From a virus, in the IMG/VR virus record IMGVR_UViG_3300035670_000079, positions 1 through 64,000 of that record: 64,000 nucleotides of DNA; one strand, written 5' to 3'. The notes beneath the pieces were generated by a model. It worked only from the letters and a program-made list of their open reading frames with translations, searched no databases and was not told the origin of the DNA. Positions 9,686 to 17,651 of the stretch are shown here, in pieces. Each line of letters starts with the position of its first letter. Position 1 is the stretch's first letter. Made by a program: the position numbers and the translations under genes.

Positions 9686-9957
9686 ATTTCGATGCCATCA
9701 AGGGTATTACTATTCTTGCCTGCGTTATAGGTATTATTGGCGGTCTTCTTGCAATGACGGCTGGAGTGATTGGTGAGTCTCCTGCAAGTCAGGTTCACCT
9801 AGAGAAGCTGTATCTATACTATTATATTAATCCGGAGGTGGTAAAACCTATAATAGATAAATACTCCAGTGATGGAGTTATAACTGAGAATGACTACTGC
9901 GACATTGTTAGGGAGATTCATTTTAAGTTTCACGATGACTTAGTGGGTAAGCCTTAA
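9682..9957 (+). CDS. small single-pass membrane protein (paralog 3 of 3)
   Basis: ATG 9682 overlaps the upstream TGA. TM segment ITILACVIGIIGGLLAMTAGVIG and motif DGVITENDYCDI. Confidence 0.55.
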   Translation: MNFDAIKGITILACVIGIIGGLLAMTAGVIGESPASQVHLEKLYLYYYINPEVVKPIIDKYSSDGVITENDYCDIVREIHFKFHDDLVGKP

Positions 9958-10041
9958 AATCAATTTCAAAAATTCTGTCGGTTTATTGACAATATCCTCC
10001 CCGCGCCTCTTGCTAGGCCTTTCACTTAGATAGGAGTAAGG

Positions 10042-10602
10042 ATGCGACACTGGTTAATGGCAATGTTGTGCCTAGTTGATTACTCACAGATAGTGGATTA
10101 TTCACAAGTAGCTGAAGTTATTAGCTATAGTCAAGTTGATATTGTTGTAGAGACACCTACGGTAAAACCTGTAGAGGTGCCGAAACGTGTTTATGTTTAT
10201 ACTGCTGATTGGTGTGGGCCGTGTCTGGCATTCAAGGCGGAACCTAAACCAAGTGGTTATGAATTTATTTTCATAAATGAAGCTAATTGGCCGAGTTACG
10301 TTTACGGTAGGAAGCGGTTACCAGTGTTTCACTGGGAATATGCTGAAGATAGGTGGACATTTCAAGATGGTTATTTTGGAATGTCTCAACTTACGTCAGC
10401 TATTAGCAATAAGCCTATTGTTAGGGATGATTCTAGTCCGCTGTTCGGGGAGTGGACATTCCCCGGTAAAACTAGGGGTGACCTGATTAAGCATTTAGCC
10501 GGGCCACCGCATAACTATAGGTTAGGTTATCTGAAGGGTTTGTCTAACAGTCAATTACTGAACTTACACGACACTTGGCACAACAAGAACGGAGAAAATT
10601 GA
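10042..10602 (+). CDS. thioredoxin-fold protein (WCGPC) with N-terminal DYSQ(I/V) repeats
   Basis: Active-site-like YTADWCGPCLAFK. The N-terminus reads VDYSQIVDYSQV..ISYSQV. Confidence 0.7.
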   Translation: MRHWLMAMLCLVDYSQIVDYSQVAEVISYSQVDIVVETPTVKPVEVPKRVYVYTADWCGPCLAFKAEPKPSGYEFIFINEANWPSYVYGRKRLPVFHWEYAEDRWTFQDGYFGMSQLTSAISNKPIVRDDSSPLFGEWTFPGKTRGDLIKHLAGPPHNYRLGYLKGLSNSQLLNLHDTWHNKNGEN

Positions 10603-10605
10603 ATT

Positions 10606-10983
10606 ATGCCCGCAGCTAGAAACTCAGTTGAGTCGGCGGTAATTGCTTCTATCGGGGCCAGCAATAGGGTTATCCCTGAGGCATTGGTAGCTATGCTTAC
10701 CGATCTTATTTTCTCTGTTATCGGTAATTGCTTTAATCAGGGAGCGAGTCCGGCTAGCGTTAAAGCTAGCCTCTCTAAACCTTCCCCTTACCAGTTCGCG
10801 CAGTTTCGTTCTGCGGTGATTAAGAAAGCTTTTAAGGGTAGTTATTTCAAGTATATTAAAGAGGGCGGAGATGAGATGCTCCGCAATCTTATGGCACAGG
10901 CCGCTGCTGCGCCCGAAGGTGACTACGAAAAACTTAGTGACGACATTAAGAAAGACATTGCGATAGACTACTCTCAGATATAG
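10606..10983 (+). CDS. hypothetical protein ending in DYSQI
   Basis: Track ORF. The C-terminal sequence is IAIDYSQI. Confidence 0.55.
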   Translation: MPAARNSVESAVIASIGASNRVIPEALVAMLTDLIFSVIGNCFNQGASPASVKASLSKPSPYQFAQFRSAVIKKAFKGSYFKYIKEGGDEMLRNLMAQAAAAPEGDYEKLSDDIKKDIAIDYSQI

Positions 10984-11111
10984 CGGATTAGCATTAGTGA
11001 TAGTCGGCCGGACGGTAGAGCGAGCCGCTTAGTGGGCACCAGCCCGTTAGTGGTCGCCGCCGCCCGGCCTTAGTTTTTTCATTAGTGGCGGAAAGTCTGC
11101 CCGATAAAGGC

Positions 11112-11140
11112 TTGACAGGTCGATTAGTGGATGTTAAAAT
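11112..11140 (+). promoter_or_regulatory. sigma70-type promoter TTGACA-N17-TAAAAT with TTAGTGGA in the spacer
   Basis: Sequence is ttgaca ggtcgattagtggatgt taaaat. It lies in a 245-bp intergenic region carrying about 7 TTAGTG(G) sites. Confidence 0.6.
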
Positions 11141-11227
11141 GCGTGCTGCGAGCGGAGTGTGCCGCTTAGTGCGGCAACTTAGTGGGCCAGCCGGCTGGGT
11201 TAGTCGGCAGACCAGTAACTTACTCTT

Positions 11228-11740
11228 ATGGGGTGTGCTATGTTTAAGTTCTTTCGCGGCGATGATGTCACATGGTTACGTCATGGGGTGCTGGTTAAAG
11301 GTAGGATTACCGAGATTCTCCCGGATGCTCGGATGCTTGTGTGTTACAACACGGGCTACTTTAGGATTTCCATGAGGGATGTTAAGTATGTCAACGACAA
11401 TCCAGTTACGGCTGGGTTTATTGACGAGGCCATTGTACGGTCGCGTGTTACAGTTACGTCTTACATCAAGAATGGTGTTGAGGTTACCGTTTGTCGCGCT
11501 TGTCAATCTGGGCCATGCCGTTGTGCTGAGCTTGCCGCTATGCGTGACGATTGCATGTATGACTATTGGGATTACTGTGGTGATCCAGAAGAGTTAGCTG
11601 AGTGGGATATGTATGTTGATGCCTTTATTGACCGGGAAGAGGCTAAGTACACCGATCTTCGGATTAAGTATCGGCCATCCGGAAAGTACTGGAAGCATCA
11701 GCCGCGTAGGAGTAAGCCAGTGGCAAGCCCTTGCAAGTAG
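11228..11740 (+). CDS. hypothetical protein
   Basis: Track ORF. An alternative ATG is at 11240. Confidence 0.55.
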   Translation: MGCAMFKFFRGDDVTWLRHGVLVKGRITEILPDARMLVCYNTGYFRISMRDVKYVNDNPVTAGFIDEAIVRSRVTVTSYIKNGVEVTVCRACQSGPCRCAELAAMRDDCMYDYWDYCGDPEELAEWDMYVDAFIDREEAKYTDLRIKYRPSGKYWKHQPRRSKPVASPCK

Positions 11741-11846
11741 CAGCGGCTTAGAGATAGTGAGCGACGGGCAGCGGGCTTAGTGACAATACTGTGATTGCAG
11801 TTGTATAAGAGTAATCAGCAGCCGGATACTTGGAAGGATTACTCGG

Positions 11847-12062
11847 ATGAGTTGTGTTGTGTGCGGAGCTAATGTTCACCCCGATAGGGTAGAGTGGCTC
11901 CGGGATAACAATAAACCAGTGACATGCTTAGCTCACAGTACTGCTAAGTCTGTCACTGGTTTTATGGTCTTTAGTCACAAGACTGCACCGGAACTTATGA
12001 TTATTCCGGACGGTGCTGAAGCTAGGCGAGTTGCGGAACGTGCGTTTAAGCGTAGTCGCTAA
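11847..12062 (+). CDS. small zinc-finger protein (CxxC...CxxH; TraR/DksA-like?)
   Basis: Motif CVVCGANVHPDRVEWLRDNNKPVTCLAH. The family assignment is tentative. Confidence 0.45.
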   Translation: MSCVVCGANVHPDRVEWLRDNNKPVTCLAHSTAKSVTGFMVFSHKTAPELMIIPDGAEARRVAERAFKRSR

Positions 12063-12080
12063 TACATAGGGGTAAGTATT

Positions 12081-12998
12081 ATGAACGAACTTAAGTACGG
12101 GCCTTGTACAGAAGCTGGATTAGACACTGTGCTGGAGTGTTGTGTGCAAGCTGGTGGGGTAATTGCATGTGAGTTTTATAATGGGCCGGCGTCTTGTGTG
12201 GTAGTCTTAGGCCGAGATGCGTGGCCTTTAGTTCCAGTGTTGCGGCATATTTACTCTGTGCCAACTCAGTATTTCTGTTGGTCGCGTTCTAGCGATAGCG
12301 ATAGTATTGGTAAGCAGTGGCTCAAGGAAGTCCCCGTAGGTGCCTTAGTGGTAGACACAGGGTATTACGGAAGCATACCTATTGAGATTAAGCATAATTG
12401 TGATGACAGCATTTACGCAATTATGCTTAGCAGTGGCAGTGGTTCGCCCGTTAGGGGTATCTTCGGAAACTACGTTGGTGTTGACCACATACCTATATCA
12501 CTGCTGGAGTCACTGCCAAAGCCCCATTGTAGGGTTAGGACTTACGAGGGTGATAAGCCGATATGTGAGTCACATCCAAGCGATGCTGGTACAGTGGACG
12601 CGGACTTAGCAAGTTACATAGCATGGCATTACTGCCGTGAATTGGGGGAGCGACTTAAGAAGTATGTTCCAACTTGGGAACACGGTATTACAATAGAAGA
12701 GCGGATAGGTGTAACCGGTGATGCTCTTAATAAGCATCTGGCTTCTGTAGCCGCCGGACGATTAGAGTATGCCGACGCTCAAAGAGATGTTCGCAATAGG
12801 TTTACCATAGGTGACCTCGCAGGGATTAGGAATAAGTGGTGTAATGTACTGCCAGCTCTCTATAGTGAGATACTGGAACCTGAGATTCAGCGTGAGCTTA
12901 ACGCACTGGATAAAGATGATCCAGATGATGTTAAGTTGCATGAAAGATTGAAGGGCTTCGAGGAGCATTGTGTTAGGCTGTCAAAGTTGTACTTTTAG
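12081..12998 (+). CDS. hypothetical protein
   Basis: Track ORF of 305 aa. Confidence 0.6.
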   Translation: MNELKYGPCTEAGLDTVLECCVQAGGVIACEFYNGPASCVVVLGRDAWPLVPVLRHIYSVPTQYFCWSRSSDSDSIGKQWLKEVPVGALVVDTGYYGSIPIEIKHNCDDSIYAIMLSSGSGSPVRGIFGNYVGVDHIPISLLESLPKPHCRVRTYEGDKPICESHPSDAGTVDADLASYIAWHYCRELGERLKKYVPTWEHGITIEERIGVTGDALNKHLASVAAGRLEYADAQRDVRNRFTIGDLAGIRNKWCNVLPALYSEILEPEIQRELNALDKDDPDDVKLHERLKGFEEHCVRLSKLYF

Positions 12999-13136
12999 TG
13001 GAAAGGAGGATTACTCATAGTAATTAGGCCTATGCCTGTAGGCACGTAGCTTAGCGTTACTAAGCAAAAGGGACTGAGTTGCTCGCAATTTACTGGTGTT
13101 TCTCACTCATTGGGCTGATTTTAAGGGTACGAAAAG

Positions 13137-13583
13137 ATGACTGTACGATCAACTGCCGCGTCTATTGTGATCCCCGCCGCTAATCCTGAAAGCCGTGTCC
13201 GTCCTTTCAATATGATTGAGGATGAGAAGCATGTTATGGCCAGCCTTGATCCTAGGCTCGCCTCGGCTATCTCTACCATTATTTCCCGCCGCAATTCGTG
13301 TTACGAAACGCGAATTGATGTTCCGGCAAATAGCTTTTTCAACAACATTAAGAATCGCGGAGCAGCTCTGGCTAACGGCGATGACAGTGATATTGATGGC
13401 CAGAAGTTCTGGATCAGTAAAGATGAGGATGGTCGGGTTAGTGTTATTCTGGAACCCAGCTTCGCAATTCGGCTGGTAAGCTGGATTCTCGACACTACTG
13501 GCAATGTTAAGCCCACGCGGCCCATGTTGAGTTTCGGATATCTGCTTAAGAATGGGGGTAATCACCAGCAGACCTCCGAATAA
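13137..13583 (+). CDS. hypothetical protein
   Basis: Track ORF on the sense strand of the operon. The antisense ORFs here were disregarded. Confidence 0.5.
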   Translation: MTVRSTAASIVIPAANPESRVRPFNMIEDEKHVMASLDPRLASAISTIISRRNSCYETRIDVPANSFFNNIKNRGAALANGDDSDIDGQKFWISKDEDGRVSVILEPSFAIRLVSWILDTTGNVKPTRPMLSFGYLLKNGGNHQQTSE

Positions 13584-13617
13584 TCTCCGTTAGGTTACTC
13601 ATACAGGGGCAATCAGG

Positions 13618-13857
13618 ATGAACGAAGAGGACGATTTCAAAGGCCCGGTTAATTACGAACCCGGAAGTGCTGATAAAGTTAGGGTGCTGATACAACGGTA
13701 TGAACAGGGTTTACCTTTGTGGCATCCAGAAGACTTCACACGAGGTAAGTATGATTACGGGCAAGATTTTTCGTTTATCGGCGGAAAGCCCCGGAAAAAG
13801 TCCGTGGTTAAACACGCTGATATGGGTGACGACGAGGGGGATAGTTCTGAGGGCTGA
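13618..13857 (+). CDS. hypothetical protein
   Basis: Track ORF preceded by caggggcaatcagg. Confidence 0.5.
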   Translation: MNEEDDFKGPVNYEPGSADKVRVLIQRYEQGLPLWHPEDFTRGKYDYGQDFSFIGGKPRKKSVVKHADMGDDEGDSSEG

Positions 13858-13966
13858 CCCTAGTATTAACTGGAGTGTAGGTATCCCCTACATACGTTTG
13901 TTGGAATGGTTAGAGGGGAAGGGGTACTTGGTTACGGCTGAGTATCGCTTCCCCTTTTCTGAGTAG

Positions 13967-13981
13967 TTGCAAGTCTTGCAA
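13967..13981. promoter_or_regulatory. intergenic copy of the dispersed palindrome TTGCAAG-T-CTTGCAA fused to the SD
   Basis: The context is tag|TTGCAAGTCTTGCAAGGAGctagtATG, with the motif between an upstream stop codon and the SD. Confidence 0.6.
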
Positions 13982-13990
13982 GGAGCTAGT

Positions 13991-14215
13991 ATGAGTCCAG
14001 CTAAGTTGCGGCGTAAGCGTAGAGCTTATGATAGGCTTGTTGCTCGCTGGCGTGAGGTTGCTGCATGGCGGGATCGTCTGTTACGGAATAAGCCTAAGTC
14101 TGCCTACGACGAAGGCTGCATTGACTATTATGTGCAGTTGGCACTTAAGCTAGAGGAGGAGGTAAGATACCTCGAAAGGCTTAATGGTTGGCCCGCTATT
14201 CTGCTTAACGGTTAA
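13991..14215 (+). CDS. hypothetical basic protein
   Basis: ATG 13991 follows AAGGAG. It is in frame with track ORF 13967..14215. Confidence 0.55.
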   Translation: MSPAKLRRKRRAYDRLVARWREVAAWRDRLLRNKPKSAYDEGCIDYYVQLALKLEEEVRYLERLNGWPAILLNG

Positions 14216-14241
14216 TTACACCTAATTAGGAGTTGCTTGTT

Positions 14242-15603
14242 ATGTGGATTGAACTTAAGAATCAGGGTAAGTTTGAAGTCGTCACAGCACTGACAATGAT
14301 TGGTGCCAGCGTTAAAGTTACTGACGATCCAATCGGGCTGTTTGGTAGCGGTACTAAGTATGCACTGGCACAGGCATTACGGCTTGGCATTCGTGTTGTG
14401 TTTCAGGTTGGCTCTGTGCGATACAGCCTGACTTCTGTTAGGCAGGATTTCAGGGGTACTACTTTCGATATGGTTGCGTTAGCAGAGATGCACGCCCCTT
14501 TCGATAGTATTACAGCTACGCATGTTACTGGGATTACGTCCCAGTTTGGCAAAGAGGACTGGCAAGACCCGTGGTTTATATTCCGCGAGTTCTTTAGTAA
14601 TGGCTTGGATGAGGTAGGCTTTGAGCATCAAGTAGTTGCGGAGCTGCCTATTAACCCTACTGATGACGATACAACTCGCGTCTACCTTGAGTACGAGCCG
14701 CTGGCTCACGTCTACGATAACCTCAGTGATTACTTTCTGGATTCGCGTGAACCTGCTATATGGCTTACCGCAAATACTAGTGATCTCGGACGTGCTTACA
14801 AGTTAGGCGTTTATGTTGGACCCGCTGTGTACGGGTACAACGTAAGTAGCGAGAACATTAGTCTGAACGAGTGCCGTGTTGCTGATAGGGACTCTGTTCG
14901 ACGTGCTGTTAGCCGACGACTTAACCTCTCCACTAATCCGGAGCTATTTGAGCGGCTACTTAGTCCAGAGTATTACGATGTCACCGATCTCGATGTGAAT
15001 CTGGAAAAAAGTTTGCAGATTGTCATCAGCGATAGTAGTCTGTGCTCGGATACATGTAAATCAGTGGTACTGGCAAAGTTGCCGCCTACAGGTAAGCCGC
15101 CGATTGTTTGCTCTCATGGCGATAATGAGCTTAAGGATACGCTGAAGTCAATAGGCTTGCCGTTTATATCCCTGCCGCGTGGTGTCAGCATTACGGCGGA
15201 GTGGGTTGTTACCGGTGAGAAAGAGTTAGAGTCTCGGAATTACGTCCAACTTAACTCACGGGAGCGTAAAGTAATTGCGGCGGTGTTGCCTTGTGTTAGG
15301 GCAGCTTTCGGAGTTGAGTTGCCGGTAGTCACGTTTCTTAAGCTTAACGGCTCCCAAATGGTTAGTGGGCAGGCCAATAGGTCTAAGCGAGAGATTTCGA
15401 TTAACGCAGACCTGTTTGAACCTGCGAATGGGTTTGAATTAGTCGAGACCCTAATTCATGAATATGGTCATATAATCTCCAACTCTGGGGATTACGAGCG
15501 TAAGTTTGTGAATTGTTTTACGTCTGCCCTTACCAGACTGGCAGTTGCCAGTAATTTTGGAGGAGAGTCATGGCTGATAGCCCGTCTGACATCATTGGTA
15601 TAA
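14242..15603 (+). CDS. hypothetical protein with C-terminal HExxH motif
   Basis: ATG 14242 lies 8 nt after aggag. LIHEYGHII occurs near the C-terminus, so a metallopeptidase role is possible but unproven. Confidence 0.6.
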   Translation: MWIELKNQGKFEVVTALTMIGASVKVTDDPIGLFGSGTKYALAQALRLGIRVVFQVGSVRYSLTSVRQDFRGTTFDMVALAEMHAPFDSITATHVTGITSQFGKEDWQDPWFIFREFFSNGLDEVGFEHQVVAELPINPTDDDTTRVYLEYEPLAHVYDNLSDYFLDSREPAIWLTANTSDLGRAYKLGVYVGPAVYGYNVSSENISLNECRVADRDSVRRAVSRRLNLSTNPELFERLLSPEYYDVTDLDVNLEKSLQIVISDSSLCSDTCKSVVLAKLPPTGKPPIVCSHGDNELKDTLKSIGLPFISLPRGVSITAEWVVTGEKELESRNYVQLNSRERKVIAAVLPCVRAAFGVELPVVTFLKLNGSQMVSGQANRSKREISINADLFEPANGFELVETLIHEYGHIISNSGDYERKFVNCFTSALTRLAVASNFGGESWLIARLTSLV

Positions 15604-16022
15604 CGTCATGTCGTGTTACCGTTACGGGTACACAGGAATACGTTTACCGGCATTGTGTGCAACCACTGGCACGTCCCGGCATACTTATGTATATTGTTAA
15701 GTTGCCGGGTTATCCATTCCCATTCTCTGTTCTGGAGGGTAGGTTTACTAAGGAGCTTGTAGTTGAACCTACGGTTGTTGATAGCAACCGTGAGGTTATC
15801 ATCTGCCGTAATGTTTACTGTAGGCATTCGGATTGGCTGATTGATTACGGTGAGCATTTGCAGGAGGTGCGGGATATCACTACTCTTATGATGATAGCGG
15901 ATATTCTTGCACCTTACCACAAGCTTCGAGTTAACTATAAGAAAGACTACGGCAAGCTGGGCAGGCCATTTGAGGTACGCCGCGACGCTGCTGGTAAGCG
16001 TTGGGTAGCATTTAATAGGTAA
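15570..16022 (+). CDS. hypothetical protein
   Basis: ATG follows ggaggagagtc. It overlaps the end of the upstream gene. Confidence 0.55.
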   Translation: MADSPSDIIGITSCRVTVTGTQEYVYRHCVQPLARPGILMYIVKLPGYPFPFSVLEGRFTKELVVEPTVVDSNREVIICRNVYCRHSDWLIDYGEHLQEVRDITTLMMIADILAPYHKLRVNYKKDYGKLGRPFEVRRDAAGKRWVAFNR

Positions 16023-16073
16023 GGCAATAAGCTTTGAGGTACCGCCACAGTGAAATACACACAGTGGTAATTA

Positions 16074-16163
16074 CGCCCCTTAGCATAATGGTAATGCCTC
16101 CGGCTTATACCCGGATCAGCGTCTGATAAACGCGAGATGTAGGTTCGACTCCTACAGGGGTGA
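16074..16163 (+). tRNA. atypical ~90-nt tRNA with anticodon loop CUUAUAC (UAU, Ile-type) and a 23-nt extra arm
   Basis: Hand fold: acceptor CGCCCCT/AGGGGTG, D arm GCAT-aatggta-ATGC, anticodon arm TCCGG-cttatac-CCGGA, extra hairpin GCGT-ctgataa-ACGC, T arm GTAGG-ttcgact-CCTAC. Confidence 0.6.
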
Positions 16164-16214
16164 CTTAGAGTTGTAGGTTACTACGAGTATTAGTACCATT
16201 CTTGGGAGATAGCT

Positions 16215-16544
16215 ATGTGTATTTGGTTAGACGATGAGCGTGATCCTAAAGACCCGGTAATTCAGGAAAAGTTTTGGGCCACTGGGGATGAGGTTTGGGT
16301 TAAGACTGCCGATGAGGTGATACTGTTGCTCTTGTCGAATGAGGTAGAGTTTATTTCGTTTGACCACGACTTAGGCGAGAGTCAGCGTACCGGTTATGAC
16401 GTGGCTAAGTTTATAGAAGCCGGTGCTGAAAATGGTACTATTGATCCTATGGGCTGGAGAGTACACTCTCAGAACTCCGTAGGTGCTGCAAATATCCGTA
16501 GTGCTATGCATAGTGCGGAAAGGTGGTGGGACAATAATGCTTGA
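16215..16544 (+). CDS. hypothetical protein (IWLDDERDP...FDHDLG motif; receiver-like fold?)
   Basis: Track ORF. The motif resembles a small phage-associated receiver-like domain that I recall only from memory. Confidence 0.55.
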   Translation: MCIWLDDERDPKDPVIQEKFWATGDEVWVKTADEVILLLLSNEVEFISFDHDLGESQRTGYDVAKFIEAGAENGTIDPMGWRVHSQNSVGAANIRSAMHSAERWWDNNA

Positions 16545-16890
16545 GCTACCGCTAGTATCTAACTGTGATAATTGTGGTGCTTGTTGTATGGCTATGGAGT
16601 CACCTCCGGGATACATTCGGCTACTTGTGTCCGGAGGTGACGATATCTCTGAAAGTAATGGGTACTTAGACAGGCTAGCTAGCTAGCCTGCTGAGTTACG
16701 GCAGGGTTTGCGAGATTACATTAGTCATATGCACGAAGGGGGTACACATCCGAATAATAATGCTTGCATTTGGTTTGACGTAGATACTCATAAATGTAAG
16801 CATTATGAGCATCGTCCTGCGATATGCCGGGACTTTCCAGTTGGTAACCCATCATGCTTATGGTGGCGTGAGCATTTTCACATAACCTAG
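16537..16890 (+). pseudogene. YkgJ/UPF0153-like CxxCxxCC cysteine-cluster gene interrupted by one in-frame TAG (16684-16686)
   Basis: The N-half carries CDNCGACC and the C-half carries CIWFD..HKCKHYEHRPAICRDFP. Both halves are in the same frame. The stop lies inside the palindrome aggctagctagctagcct. Confidence 0.65.
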
Positions 16891-16905
16891 TTGCAAGGCT
16901 TGCAA
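16891..16905. promoter_or_regulatory. intergenic copy of the dispersed palindrome TTGCAAG-G-CTTGCAA fused to the SD
   Basis: The context is tag|TTGCAAGGCTTGCAAGGAGtgagtagtATG. Confidence 0.6.
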
Positions 16906-16917
16906 GGAGTGAGTAGT

Positions 16918-17175
16918 ATGTTCAAGTATGCTCGATATTTGCGAGACGAACCGGAAGATGTTACTGATAGGTACGAAAAGGACTGGTTCACATTAGAGGA
17001 GCTAGTCAGCCAATGCGCTTATTGGGAGGTGCCTATGGACAAAGGTAGTAAAATTGCATTTCTCGACTTACTTATGTATTGGAACAACAATACAGACGCT
17101 TGGGCTTATGTACCGCTGGCTGCCGAAGATGTTACGCTTGCAGGTAGTCAGGCCTGTATGCCGGAGGTGATATGA
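16918..17175 (+). CDS. hypothetical protein (paralog of 17172..17405)
   Basis: ATG 16918 follows AAGGAG. It shares the LLMYWNNN...YVPL signature with the next gene. Confidence 0.55.
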   Translation: MFKYARYLRDEPEDVTDRYEKDWFTLEELVSQCAYWEVPMDKGSKIAFLDLLMYWNNNTDAWAYVPLAAEDVTLAGSQACMPEVI

Positions 17176-17405
17176 CATACTTTAAGTTTACAAGAGCAAC
17201 CTTTAAGAATGGGGTACTAGCTCATGTAGATGAGGTAAAGCTAGATAAGGAGGCCTTACGAGAAGCGTCATACGATGTAGGTAGCTTACGCTGGGTAGAT
17301 AATGACTACGAATTGTTCCTGAAGCTGCTTATGCACTGGAACAAAAACGGTCCTGATAATCGCTCAGGATTAAGTTACCTGTACGCACCTCTTTCGATGG
17401 AGTGA
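17172..17405 (+). CDS. hypothetical protein (paralog of 16918..17175)
   Basis: ATG lies 4 nt after the GGAGG of a CCGGAGGTG motif. Signature LLMHWNKN...LYAPL. Confidence 0.55.
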   Translation: MTYFKFTRATFKNGVLAHVDEVKLDKEALREASYDVGSLRWVDNDYELFLKLLMHWNKNGPDNRSGLSYLYAPLSME

Positions 17406-17408
17406 CTA

Positions 17409-17609
17409 ATGCTCAAGCCCATGATGCTTTCCACTATTCTGGTGGATATGGCTGACGTGATTTGTGTGGATTCTTATGAATCTGAGGAGGAGGGTTATGT
17501 CCTGCGTGTGTTGTTTAGGAATGGTGACGAGCGCTATATCTCAGGTTTGACCTGTGAGGAGGCGGCTAAGATAGTGGTATCCGCTTTTGAGATGCTGCGA
17601 CAGCAATAA
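17409..17609 (+). CDS. hypothetical protein
   Basis: Track ORF of 66 aa. Confidence 0.5.
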   Translation: MLKPMMLSTILVDMADVICVDSYESEEEGYVLRVLFRNGDERYISGLTCEEAAKIVVSAFEMLRQQ

Positions 17610-17651
17610 GTGTAGTGGGGATATGGCGAAATAGGCAGACGCATCGGACTT

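Noticed and set aside
11085-11375. Track ORF 11085..11375 spanning the intergenic promoter region.
   Set aside because: It starts upstream of the TTGACA/TAAAAT promoter, runs through the TTAGTGG array and overlaps the better-supported ORF 11228..11740 in another frame.
13149-13565. Antisense ORFs 13149..13565 (-) and 13301..13525 (-), and alternative-frame ORF 13216..13479 (+).
   Set aside because: They overlap the sense ORF 13137..13583 in an otherwise strictly + strand operon and have no independent start signals.
14242-15603. A GHKL/Hsp90-like ATPase call based on FREFFSNGLDE and GLFGSGTKYA.
   Set aside because: The G-rich box precedes the N-box-like segment, which is the reverse of the GHKL order, and no DxGxG box was seen. 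Only the C-terminal HExxH motif is retained as an observation.
16074-16163. The atypical tRNA acting as a suppressor tRNA for the nearby in-frame TAG.
   Set aside because: Both candidate anticodon loops read UAU or GAU. Neither CUA, UUA nor UCA is present in a 7-nt loop context.
16684-16686. Genome-wide reassignment of TAG (alternative genetic code).
   Set aside because: Only this one gene has an internal TAG. Several genes clearly terminate at TAG with the next gene's SD and ATG immediately downstream (for example 13964, 16888 and 46950). Gene tiling under the standard code is gap-free.
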